A stretch of 64,000 bases of DNA from Octopus sinensis (taxonomy: Eukaryota), in contig NC_042997.1 in NCBI RefSeq assembly GCF_006345805.1, forward strand, positions 212,536,001 through 212,600,000, given 5' to 3'. A program made the translations under genes and the position numbers. The notes below the pieces were generated by a model. It was not told the DNA's origin and made no database searches. It saw only the letters and a list, made by a program, of their open reading frames with translations. This document shows, piece by piece, positions 50,110 to 62,322 of this stretch; the stretch's first letter is position 1, and each line of letters begins with the position of its first letter.

Positions 50110-51008
50110 GCAGGTGTGAAAGCAAGGTCTAGAATCGAAGGGTCTTAAAGATAACCTAGCAAAAACCAAAGTCTTAGTAAGTAGGAAAGCAGACAAATTT
50201 AAAAAATCCCCTCAGGTAGATGGCCCTGCTCAATCTGTAGGAAGAAAGGTGTAAGTAGAAATTCCATCAGATGTACTTGGTGTAAGCTATGGACACATAA
50301 GAGGTGCAGCAATATCAGAGGAAGGTTAATAAGGAAAATAGTTTTGTGTGGTAGATGGGACAGGTACAATCCATAATAAAAATGTTCAGAAAATAGACCC
50401 CATCAAATTCCTGTGGAAGACTAGAAGCAGTCAATAGTTTCTGTTACCTAGGTGACCAAATCAGTAGTGGAGGTGAATGCTCTGAGAGTGTAGCTGCTAT
50501 AATGAGAATAGGTTGGGCAAAGTTCAGATAGCCCCTACCTCTGTTGGTAACAAAGGGCCTCTCGTGCAAAGTGAAAGGTAGTCTGTATGATGACTCTGTG
50601 CAAACAGCCATGCTATATAGCAGTGGAAGGAAACTGTAGAAGAGGGAGACCCAGGAAGACATGGGACAAGGTGGTGAAGCATAATCCTCAAACTTTGGGC
50701 CTCACAGAAGCAATGACTAATGACCGAGACTTTTGGCAATATGTTGTGCTTGAGAAGAAGACCCATCAAGCCAAGTGAAATCATAGTCATGACAGATATT
50801 GGTATCATACAGACTGACACCCATGCTGTTGGCACATGAAAGCTCCCATTATACTCTCAGAGTTGTTGGTTTTGGGAAGGGCATCCAGCCGTAAAAACCC
50901 TGCCAAATAAGACTAGAGTCTGGTACAGCCCTGCCCAGCTTGCTGGCTCTGCTCAAACCCTCCAACCCATGCCAGCATGGACAAATGGATGTTAAATGAT
51001 GATGATGA
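50110..51008 (+). mobile_element. RTE LINE 3' remnant
   Basis: Collinear with 6365-7885; VEGNCRRGRPRKTW. Confidence 0.85.
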
Positions 51009-51033
51009 TTATATATATATATATATATATCTT

Positions 51034-51908
51034 CATCATCATCATCATCATCGTTTAACGTCCGTTCTCCATGCTAGCATGGGTTGGACGGTTTGACTGG
51101 GGATCTGGGAAGCCCGAAGGCTGCACCAGGCTCCAGTCTTATCTGGCAATGTTTCTACAGCTGGATGCCCTTCCTAACGCCAACCACTTCGTGAGTGTAG
51201 TGGGTGCTTTTTACGTGTCACCTGCACAGGTGCCAGGCGAGGCTGGCAACTGTCACGGTCGGATTGGTGCAATTTACGTGCCACCGGCACGGAAGCCAGT
51301 CGAGCCGGCGCTGGCATCGGCCACGAGTCGGATAGTGCTTTTTACGTAGGGGTCCTGGCATCTGCCGGGTGCCAGTCATAGGATTGGTTCAATTCGATTT
51401 GATTTCACTTGCCCTAACATGTCTTCGCAAGCAAAGGGGGTTATATATTGGCAAAGGGGGTTATATATATTGGATTGCAGGACAGCATGCTTTGGATCGT
51501 AGGGTGACCTGCTGCGCTTGAGGAGACCTATTGAGTCAAGTACATCAACATCAAAATAAATATCAAGTGGAAATTGTAGTTGTGATCCCTGTGCTGGTGG
51601 CACGTAAAAAAGCACCATCCGAACGTGGCCAATGCCAGCACCGCCTTGCCTGTCTTCTGTGCCGGTGGCACGTAAAAAGCACGAACTGATCGTGGCCACT
51701 GCCAGCCTCCCCTGGCACCTGTGCCAGTGGCATGTAAAAAGCACCCACTACACTCACAGAGTAGTTGGCGTTAGGAAGGGCATCCAGCTGTAGAAACACT
51801 GCCAGATCAGATTGGAGCTTGGTGCAGCCTCCTGGCTTCCCAGACCCCGGTCGAACCGTCCAACCTGTGCTAGCACAGAAAACGGACGTTAAACGGTAAT
51901 GATGATGA
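51034..51908. mobile_element. two family D copies in opposite orientation (- 51034-51348, + 51480-51908)
   Basis: Consensus matches. Confidence 0.82.
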
Positions 51909-52530
51909 TAACAGATGAGGTCAATATAGATATTACTAGATGCTCAATATAGATAACACTTTGTAATACTCAAATGATTTGAATTTGCAGTCTGAAATCT
52001 TTTTCAAGGACTAAGTACACCTGATAAAGAATGGTTACCAGAGGAATCCAGGTGAACTAATATGGAGATAATGAAGTAAATAAAAAAATAAACATGTTTG
52101 GGTTTCATATATAAAATATACACAGGAATACATACAAAATCTGAAAATATTCAGGAGATAAACATTCAGGTAGAAGCATAAAGATCATCATTTATATATT
52201 TAGAGAACAAATTTCCATGGAGTACAAAGATATATAAAACTAAAGGGAGAGGGCAACTGAAGATGGGGCTTTAATTTATGTTTATATGCATACACTAGTG
52301 GCTGCATATTCTTGACTTTTTGCACACTCCATCTGTCAACATTACAACTATTACGTAATTCTGAGCCTCCAGAAACAGCTGTCGGACCAGAAGTAGCTTA
52401 TTCTCCCCTCTTAGTTTTATCTATTTTTGTACTCCACGTAAATTTGTTCTGCAAATATATAAATATCTTTTGGCTTACACACAAATGTTCATCTTCCGAA
52501 TACTTTCAGTTTTTCTTTTTCTTTCTCTCT

Positions 52531-52937
52531 CTGGCTGTGTGGTAAGTAGCTTACTTACCAACCACATGGTTCCGGGTTCAGTCCCACTGCGTGGCACCTT
52601 GGGCAAGTGTCTTCTACTATACCCTCGGGCCGACCAAAGCCCTATGAGTGGATTTGGTAGACGGAAACTGAAAGAAGCCTGTTGTATATATGTATATATA
52701 TATATATCTATGTGTGTGTATATGTTTGTGTGTCTGTGTTTGTCTCCCCCAACATTGCTTGACAATCGATGGTGGTGTGTTTACGTCCCCATCACTTAGC
52801 GGTTCAGCAAAAAGAGACCGATAGAATAAGTACTGGGCTTACAAAGAATAAGTCCCGGGGTCGATTTGGTCGACTAAAGGTGGTGCTCCAGCATGGCCGC
52901 AGTCAAATGACTGAAACAAGTAAAAGAGTAAAAGAGT
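52531..52937 (+). mobile_element. SINE family A
   Basis: Consensus match. Confidence 0.9.
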
Positions 52938-52998
52938 ATGTATATTTTATATGTCAAGCCCAAGCATGTTTATTTGCATCATTCTCTCTCTCTACATA

Positions 52999-53036
<38 letters not shown>

Positions 53037-53159
53037 ATATATATATTACATAGAGAGAGAGATTAGATATACAGATAGATATTCTGTAGTAGTCTAGTAT
53101 CTATACTAAAATTTACATCTATATCTACACACAAACACACACACATATATATATATATA

Positions 53160-53986
53160 TAATAAAATATTAGGGAATAAATCCAAACTTACAGGGAAAA
53201 ATCAGATTTAGGATTAAATCCAATTTTATAGTAAAATATATTATATTATATTATATTAAATTAGAGATAAAACCACTATTAGGCAAATCAAACAATGAAA
53301 AACATAAGCCAATACATAAAATTAATTAATTTATATTATTTTAAATATATATCAAAAGTATTAAAAGTTTAACAAAAGATAAAGAGTAAAACACTACGAT
53401 CGTTTCATGGCTGTACAATTCGTAATAATTCGAGTTATGGTTACAGTCAATCTTCAGGTTAATTGAAATATCTAAAATATAATCAGAAATATTTAAACAA
53501 TATTTTAAAAATATAAATAATATAATAATTTTACTTATAATAAACTCTATTATCAAACTAGAAACATAAAACTTAACAATTATGATTATATCAAAATCGA
53601 CTATAATGTTAAATATTAATTTTAATTTATAAGGTAGGAAACCAACCAATAATCTAATATCAGTATTAGTCTATATCTAATTACATAAATATTTAAAAAT
53701 GACTAATATATATAAATTATCAATGAAGATATATAAATGTATATAAATATTATAATTAAGATCTAAAATAATCTCTATAAATAAATATATATGCACATAT
53801 AATAAAAACCTAATAAATTAATTTTTCATATTTAAATATGAAATAGCTAATTTCAAAATACAAATAAACAAACTTAAACAAACTTTCGGAAATCTAATGT
53901 AAAATACTTACAGAAATAATCAATTCGTAGTAATATAGTATCGAATAAATACTATAAATATAATTATCAATGGGAATAACTAGCGA
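53160..53986 (-). repeat. very AT-rich Penelope pLTR-like segment between (TA)n tracts
   Basis: Bounded by (TA)n on both sides; contains a hammerhead motif. Confidence 0.5.
53393..53459 (-). ncRNA. degenerate minimal type I hammerhead ribozyme
   Basis: Minus strand reads AC-CUGAAGA-UUGACUGUA...UACAGCCAU-GAAA-CGAUCG-UA/GU; palindromic helix III; weak helix I and a U.U first pair in helix II. Confidence 0.55.
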
Positions 53987-54007
53987 TATATATATATATA
54001 TATATAT

Positions 54008-54250
54008 GGGAAGGTAACACTGATGGAATAGGTGGTGTGGACATGCTGAGAAGTGGATGGATAAGGTCATAGTGGTTCAATAGAGTACTTAAGCTCATGC
54101 TAGTTTTGCAGAATAGTATAGCTACAGTTATATCTGCCTATGCCCCACAAGTGGGCCTGCCAAATGAGCAGAAGGACCACTTTTATGATATTCTTCAGCA
54201 GGCTGCCTCCAAGATGAGTGACAAAGTTTTCATCCCCATGGCTGGGGATT
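54008..54250 (+). mobile_element. RTE LINE apurinic endonuclease fragment
   Basis: TVISAYAPQVGLPNEQKDHFYDIL. Confidence 0.75.
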
Positions 54251-56371
54251 TCACAGAAGCAATGTCTAGTGACTGAGACCTTTGGTGATATGCTGTGCTT
54301 AAGAGGACCCATCAAGCCAAGTGCACCTATGCTGGTGGCACTTAAAAAAAAAAAATCAATCTTTGAACGTTGGGCCTGATGGAGGTAAAGTGGCTGAGTT
54401 TCTTTCTGGCCTGCACCAGATATCTGTGTCAGGTTTGGCAGGATTTTTATGGCTGGATGTCCTTCCTAACACAACCCACTTGACAGTGTTGGCTGAGTGC
54501 TTTTCACATGGCACCAGCACAGGTGGGGGTCATTTAGGGCATGGTTTTTACAGCTGGATGCCCTTCCAAATGCCAACCTCTTTACAGTGTGGACTGAGTA
54601 CTTTTAAGTGGCCCCTGCACTGTCAGGATCACCAAGTAAATTTGTTAGACAAGGATACTTTGAGAGGGGAGGGGGTATTGGAGGAGGTGTTTAGAAGATT
54701 ATATATCCACACCTCACCTTTATTAGGACAGAGAGTGACCAGCAGATTTGTTTCATGGTTGTGAAATGAAAAGGTTTGTTTGAATTTCACCAATTTCTTT
54801 CAAAACTGTGTCATTGTAACATCTTTCCCCTAATATCACCTTTCAAATAGCCATTATCTTTTAATCTTTTATCCCTTTTCTTATTTATCATCAAATCTTT
54901 CTGTCCCCTACAATATAAGTGAATGAACAGAGACATTAACAACCCTTTTGTGTTTCAATTCAAATGTCCCAGCCCTTCCATATATAATTTCATTTAGTCA
55001 TTTTGACCTTTGCTTTAGTTTTCTTCTTTCAATAATTCTTTCATAAAACAATCCAGTTTCCATAGAAACCAGACCTCCTTGACAGTTGAAAGAATAGACA
55101 ATTTCAATTTCCTTCTATGCTTCTCAATTTCTCAATTATTTTTTCCTGCAGATCATTTGACATAAATTCTGTTAGTTTTCGTACTTTGATCACCTGCTTT
55201 GGACATTTCAATTGGATTTTCATCCACCACAAACTTCTCTATTTCATTGCATTTAGTGCTTTTGTAACTTCACATTCAATTATTCGTGGTTTGTCTATAT
55301 TTTCAATACTGTTATGTCTTTCCATGATTTCATTACAATTTTTGTACAAATTTTCTTTGTATTTTGCCCCATTCTGTCTTATTTCACTTTCTTCTGACAG
55401 AATCTGATTTTCTCTATTTATTACAGTTTAAGGCCGACATATTTGGTCAACTGTTTAATTTAATTATATACTGGTTTAGGTTGGTGATTATTAAAGCCTG
55501 ATTTAATTTCATTTCAAATTTAGGAAATATATTAAATTATCTTTTCTTGATTGCATTTCAAAATCTAATTTCTGTAGCTTCACTCTCTGAGACTTCATTT
55601 CATTGCGGATTCTTGATACCAATTCCTTTCTTTTACAATCTCAATTGCATTTAATGAAAACCATTGAGATTTGCTTTTCATTTGCATTCTTTTCTTTATC
55701 TGCATTTTCCATGACAATAAACTTTACTGGATTCCAAAGAATTTTGCAGTCATCAGTGAATGTTACATCATAATGTTTGATGCAGCATCACTAATAAAAT
55801 TTGGCCAAATTTCTTCTAACCATTCTTTAACTCACTATCTTGTATTTTTCTCCTAACTTTGGTTTCAATTGTGCTGTAAGAACTCTATTATCAGTTCACC
55901 AGTCAGGACCTGATAACGTATTTGTTCAATGAATCATGCCTTTTTGGTTTTTTCCAATTTTTACATAATCAATTCGATTGCTGTGCTTCCCGTTTTGAAA
56001 GTCCAAGTAAATAATCACTTTTTATGTAACTCAGAGAAACTATTCATTATACAAAGACCATTGTCTCAGTAGTAAAAAATCAATCAATCACTGTTCAGCT
56101 TCATTTCTATTGCCAAAATCAAATTTTCCACTTAAAGGGTAACTTCATCTGGAAGCTTCATCCACAAACTAGTCATTGACAATTGATGTATATGTATGTT
56201 TACATGATACATACACACACACACACGCATATATATATACAAATTGAGATAGGGGTTGTAAATGCAACCCTCCATGGGAAAACATATATCCAATATACTG
56301 CTAGTGAAGTTGAGTATTATCGTGTAATTGATATTTGATTTAGATGTATTTCTCTATTTTCTTATCTTGTA

Positions 56372-56497
56372 TCATCATCATCATCATCATCATTTAACGT
56401 CCGCTTTCCATGCTAGCATGGGTTGGACGGTTCAACTGGGGTCTGGGGAGCCCGAAAGCTGCACCAGTCCAGTCAGATCTGGCAGTGTTTCTACAGC
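56372..56497 (-). mobile_element. family D copy truncated exactly at the 404-bp array
   Basis: Consensus breaks after TTTCTACAGC. Confidence 0.8.
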
Positions 56498-56726
56498 ATA
56501 TATGGCGTGTACTGGTACACCGGCGATTATAATTAATTTTATTGTATCGCATTTATCTTTGTTTACATATTCTCTCGATAAATTTCTGACCGTTAGACGA
56601 TATACCACAATCCCCTATTTTGTCGGGTTTGTTCGGAGTCTGCGCAGTGTTTTGAATAGTTTAGAAAGAGCATTTCGATAGAAGCACATGGATCTATTGG
56701 TATGGTCTTTCCATCATTAACAGGAA

Positions 56727-56799
56727 TCTTACTGATGAGCCAGCCTGAGTAAATAAATACTATTTTTATTACTGAATTTGGCGAAACTGCAGTATAAGA
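56727..56799 (+). ncRNA. type I hammerhead ribozyme, copy 1 (cleavage predicted after 56794)
   Basis: Helix I UCUUA/UAAGA; core CUGAUGA (56732-38); helix II GCCAG/UUGGC with AGUAA/UUACU extension; GAAA (56783-86); helix III AC-UGCA-GU; GUA triplet. Confidence 0.9.
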
Positions 56800-57130
56800 A
56801 AAGTTAAGTTTGTAAAAGTTTTTAAATCTCATCTCACGAAATTTATCCAGCTATTGTGTATCTAGTACACTCTTCGCCTTGAATGTAATGATATATGTAT
56901 AATATATGGCGTGTACTGGTACACCGGCGATTATAATTAATTTTATTGTATCGCATTTATCTTTGTTTACATATTCTCTCGATAAATTTCTGACCGTTAG
57001 ACGATATACCACAATCCCCTATTTTGTCGGGTTTGTTCGGAGTCTGCGCAGTGTTTTGAATAGTTTAGAAAGAGCATTTCGATAGAAGCACATGGATCTA
57101 TTGGTATGGTCTTTCCATCATTAACAGGAA

Positions 57131-57203
57131 TCTTACTGATGAGCCAGCCTGAGTAAATAAATACTATTTTTATTACTGAATTTGGCGAAACTGCAGTATA
57201 AGA
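57131..57203 (+). ncRNA. type I hammerhead ribozyme, copy 2
   Basis: Identical to copy 1. Confidence 0.9.
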
Positions 57204-57534
57204 AAAGTTAAGTTTGTAAAAGTTTTTAAATCTCATCTCACGAAATTTATCCAGCTATTGTGTATCTAGTACACTCTTCGCCTTGAATGTAATGATATAT
57301 GTATAATATATGGCGTGTACTGGTACACCGGCGATTATAATTAATTTTATTGTATCGCATTTATCTTTGTTTACATATTCTCTCGATAAATTTCTGACCG
57401 TTAGACGATATACCACAATCCCCTATTTTGTCGGGTTTGTTCGGAGTCTGCGCAGTGTTTTGAATAGTTTAGAAAGAGCATTTCGATAGAAGCACATGGA
57501 TCTATTGGTATGGTCTTTCCATCATTAACAGGAA

Positions 57535-57607
57535 TCTTACTGATGAGCCAGCCTGAGTAAATAAATACTATTTTTATTACTGAATTTGGCGAAACTGCAG
57601 TATAAGA
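57535..57607 (+). ncRNA. type I hammerhead ribozyme, copy 3
   Basis: Identical to copy 1. Confidence 0.9.
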
Positions 57608-57938
57608 AAAGTTAAGTTTGTAAAAGTTTTTAAATCTCATCTCACGAAATTTATCCAGCTATTGTGTATCTAGTACACTCTTCGCCTTGAATGTAATGAT
57701 ATATGTATAATATATGGCGTGTACTGGTACACCGGCGATTATAATTAATTTTATTGTATCGCATTTATCTTTGTTTACATATTCTCTCGATAAATTTCTG
57801 ACCGTTAGACGATATACCACAATCCCCTATTTTGTCGGGTTTGTTCGGAGTCTGCGCAGTGTTTTGAATAGTTTAGAAAGAGCATTTCGATAGAAGCACA
57901 TGGATCTATTGGTATGGTCTTTCCATCATTAACAGGAA

Positions 57939-58011
57939 TCTTACTGATGAGCCAGCCTGAGTAAATAAATACTATTTTTATTACTGAATTTGGCGAAACT
58001 GCAGTATAAGA
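57939..58011 (+). ncRNA. type I hammerhead ribozyme, copy 4
   Basis: Identical to copy 1. Confidence 0.9.
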
Positions 58012-58339
58012 AAAGTTAAGTTTGTAAAAGTTTTTAAATCTCATCTCACGAAATTTATCCAGCTATTGTGTATCTAGTACACTTTCGCCTTGAATGTAAT
58101 GATATATGTATATATATGGCGTGTACTGGTACACCGGCGATTATAATTAATTTTATTGTATCGCATTTATCTTTGTTTACATATTCTCTCGATAAATTTC
58201 TGACCGTTAGACGATATACCACAATCCCCTATTTTGTCGGGTTTGTTCGGAGTCTGCGCAGTGTTTTGAATAGTTTAGAAAGAGCATTTCGATAGAAGCA
58301 CATGGATCTATTGGTATGGTCTTTCATCATTAACAGGAA

Positions 58340-58411
58340 TCTTACTGATGAGCCAGCCTGAGTAAATAAATACTTTTTTATTACTGAATTTGGCGAAACT
58401 GCAGTATAAGA
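58340..58411 (+). ncRNA. type I hammerhead ribozyme, copy 5
   Basis: 1-nt deletion in the helix II loop; core intact. Confidence 0.88.
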
Positions 58412-58742
58412 AAAGTTAAGTTTTGTAAAAGTTTTTAAATCTCATCTCACGAAATTTATCCAGCTATTGTGTATCTAGTACACTCTTCGCCTTGAATGTA
58501 ATGATATATGTATAATATATGGCGTGTACTGGTACACCGGCGATTATAATTAATTTTATTGTATCGCATTATCTTTGTTTACATATTCTCTCGATAAATT
58601 TCTGACCGTTAGACGATATACCACAATCCCCTATTTTGTCGGGTTTGTTCGGAGTCTGCGCAGTGTTTTGAATAGTTTAGAAAGAGCATTTCGATAGAAG
58701 CACATGGATCTATTGGTATGGTCTTTCCATCATTAACAGGAA

Positions 58743-58815
58743 TCTTACTGATGAGCCAGCCTGAGTAAATAAATACTATTTTTATTACTGAATTTGGCGA
58801 AACTGCAGTATAAGA
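58743..58815 (+). ncRNA. type I hammerhead ribozyme, copy 6
   Basis: Identical to copy 1. Confidence 0.9.
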
Positions 58816-59032
58816 AAAGTTAAGTTTGTAAAAGTTTTTAAATCTCATCTCACGAAATTTATCCAGCTATTGTGTATCTAGTACCTCTTCGCCTTGAATG
58901 TAATGATATATGTATAATATATGGCGTGTACTGGTACACCGGCGATTATAATTAATTTTATTGTATCGCATTTATCTTTGTTTATATATATATATATATT
59001 ATATATATATATATATTATATATATATATATA

Positions 59033-59287
59033 CTCTTTTTACTCTCTCTTTTACTTGTTTCAGTCATTTGACTGTGGCCATGCTGGAGCATCGCTTTTAG
59101 TTGAGCAAATCAACCCAAGGACTTATTCTTTGTAAGCCTAGTACTTATTCTATTGGTCTCTTTTGCTGAACTGCTAAGTTACAGGGACGTAAACACACCA
59201 CCATCGGTTATCAAGCGATGTTGGGAGGGACAAACACAGACACACAAACATATACACATATATACATACATACATATATATACATAT

Positions 59288-59330
<43 letters not shown>

Positions 59331-59487
59331 AGGCTTCTTTAAGTTTGGGTCTACCAAATCCACTCATAAGGCTTTGGTTGGCCCGAGGCTATAGCAGAAG
59401 ACACTTGCCCAAGGTGCCACACAATGGGACTAAACCCAGAACCATGTCATTGATAAGCAAGCTACTTACCACATAGCCACTCCTGCG

Positions 59488-59489
<2 letters not shown>
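59033..59489 (-). mobile_element. full-length SINE family A
   Basis: Consensus match. Confidence 0.88.
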
Positions 59490-59524
<35 letters not shown>

Positions 59525-59526
<2 letters not shown>

Positions 59527-59810
59527 TCATCATTTAACATTCGCTTACTATGCTAGCATGTGTTGGACGGTTTGACTGAGGACTGGCAAGCTGGGAGGCT
59601 GCACCAGGCTCCAATCTTATTTGGCAAGGTTTCTACAGCTGGATGCCCTTCCTAACACAGAGAGTGTAGTGGGTGCTTTTATACATGCCACTAGTATGGG
59701 AGCCAGTCAGGTGGCACAGGCATCAGACAAACTTGAAGGGTGCTTTTTACGTGCCACTGGCAATGGGGCCTGTCAGGCGGTACTCACATCGATCAGTCAG
59801 GCGGCACTCT
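59525..59810 (-). mobile_element. family D copy
   Basis: Consensus match. Confidence 0.75.
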
Positions 59811-59939
59811 ATATGAGAGTCTAGAAAGAAGATCAAAAATGTACGCAGCCTTGACAATAAGTACTTACAATCATACGGCCATACATAATGCAGACATGGA
59901 TACATACATACACAGTTGTGCATATATATATATATATAT

Positions 59940-62320
59940 ACTAAAAAAACACTTATCCTCACAACTATAAGCCCAAGAACTAAAAAGACACTTATCCTCA
60001 CAACTATAAGCCCAAGAACTAAAAAGACACTTATCCTCACAACTATAAGCCCAAGAACTAAAAAGACACTCATCCTCACAACTATAAGCCCAAGAACTAA
60101 AAAGACACTCATCTTCACAACTATAAGCCCAAGAACTAAAAAGACACTCATCCTCACAACTATAAGCCCAAGAACTAAAAAGACACTCATCCTCACAACT
60201 ATAAGCCCAAGAACTAAAAAGACACTTATCCTCACAACTATAAGCCCAAGAACTAAAAAGACACTTATCCTCAAAACTATAAGCCCAAGAACTAAAAAGA
60301 CATTTATCCTCAAAACTATAAGCCCAAGAACTAAAAAGACACTCATCCTCAAAATATAAGCCCAGAACTAAAAAGACACTTATCCTCACAATATAAGCCC
60401 AAGAACTAAAAAACACTTATCCTCACAACTATAAGCCCAAGAACTAAAAAGACACTCATCCTCACAACTATAAGCCCAAGAACTAAAAAGACACTCATCC
60501 TCACAACTATAAGCCCAAGAACTAAAAAGACACTTATCCTCACAACTATAAGCCCAAGAACTAAAAAGACACTTATCCTCACAACTATAAGCCCAAGAAC
60601 TAAAAAGACACTTATCCTCACAACTATAAGCCCAAGAACTAAAAAGACACTTATCCTCAAAACTATAAGCCCAAGAACTAAAAAGACACTTATCCTCACA
60701 ACTATAAGCCCAAGAACTAAAAAGACACTTATCCTCACAACTATAAGCCCAAGAACTAAAAAGACACTTATCCTCAAAACTATAAGCCCAAGAACTAAAA
60801 AGACACTTATCCTCACAACTATAAGCCCAAGAACTAAAAAGACACTTATCCTCAAAACTATAAGCCCAAGAACTAAAAAGACACTTATCCTCACAACTAT
60901 AAGCCCAAGAACTAAAAAGACACTTATCCTCAAAACTATAAGCCCAAGAACTAAAAAGACACTTATCCTCACAACTATAAGCCCAAGAACAAAAAAGACA
61001 CTTATCCTCACAACTATAAGCCCAAGAACTAAAAAGACACTTATCCTCACAACTATAAGCCCAAGAACTAAAAAGACACTTATCCTCACAACTATAAGCC
61101 CAAGAACTAAAAAGACACTTATCCTCAAAACTATAGCCCAAGAACTAAAAAGACACTTATCCTCACAACTATAAGCCCAAGAACTAAAAAGACACTTATC
61201 CTCACAACTATAAGCCCAAGAACTAAAAGACACTTATCCTCACAACTATAAGCCCAAGAACTAAAAAGACACTTATCCTCAAAACTATAAGCCCAAGAAC
61301 TAAAAGACACTCATCCTCACAACTATAAGCCCAAGAACTAAAAGACACTCATCTTCACAACTATAAGCCCAAGAACTAAAAAGACACTTATCCTCAAACT
61401 ATAAGCCCAAGAACTAAAAAGACACTCATCCTCACAACTATAAGCCCAAGAACTAAAAAGACACTTATCCTCACAACTATAAGCCCAAGAACTAAAAGAC
61501 CTCATCCTCACAACTATAAGCCCAAGAACTAAAAAGACACTTATCCTCACAACTATAAGCCCAAGAACTAAAAGACACTTATCCTCACAACTATAAGCCC
61601 AAGAACTAAAAAGACACTTATCCTCACAACTATAAGCCCAAGAACTAAAAAGACACTTATCCTCACAACTATAAGCCCAGAACTAAAAAGACACTTATCC
61701 TCAAAACTATAAGCCCAAGAACTAAAAGACACTTATCCTCAAAACTATAAGCCCAAGAACTAAAAAGACACTTATCCTCACAACTATAAGCCCAAGAACT
61801 AAAAAGACACTTATCCTCACAACTATAAGCCCAAGAACTAAAAAGACACTTATCCTCAAAACTATAAGCCCAAGAACTAAAAAGACACTTATCCTCACAA
61901 CTATAAGCCAAGAACTAAAAGACACTTATCCTCACAACTATAAGCCCAAGAACTAAAAAGACACTTATCCTCAAAACTATAAGCCCAAGAACTAAAAGAC
62001 ACTTATCCTCACAACTATAAGCCCAAGAACTAAAAGACACTTATCCTCAAAACTATAAGCCCAAGAACTAAAAAGACACTTTTCCTCACAACTATAAGCC
62101 CAAGAACTAAAAAGACACTTATCCTCAAAACTATAAGCCCAAGAACTAAAAAGACACTTATCCTCAAAACTATAAGCCCAAGAACTAAAAAGACACTCAT
62201 CCTCACAACTATAGGCAGAATGACTAAAAAAACTTAACCTCAAAAATATAGTCACAAAAACTAGAAAACACTTATCCTCACAACTATAGGCACATGGACT
62301 AAAAATCACTTATCCTAACA
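59940..62320. repeat. 39-bp minisatellite, about 61 copies
   Basis: Unit ACTAAAAAGACACTTATCCTCACAACTATAAGCCCAAGA; decays after about 62210. Confidence 0.97.
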
Positions 62321-62322
62321 AA

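Larger units (their letters stand above)
56498..58984 (+). repeat. 6.2 x 404-bp tandem array carrying hammerhead ribozymes (non-LTR retrozyme-like)
   Basis: Units start at 56498, 56902, 57306, 57710, about 58112, about 58515 and about 58917 (partial); I saw only single-base indels between units; ends in (TA)n. Confidence 0.95.

Noticed and set aside
54780-56100. Minus-strand Lys/Glu-rich decayed coding-like region (possibly a Penelope-like ORF N-terminus; similar at 38220-38610 and 48170-48480)
   Set aside because: Too many stops and no diagnostic motif that I could read with confidence
56593-58848. Repeated 79-aa minus-strand ORF in the 404-bp array
   Set aside because: No recognisable domain; broken in one unit; it recurs only because the DNA is repeated
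59747-62309. Long repetitive ORFs; CRISPR-like appearance
   Set aside because: Head-to-tail 39-bp units with no unique spacers, frequent frame-breaking indels, and a eukaryotic context
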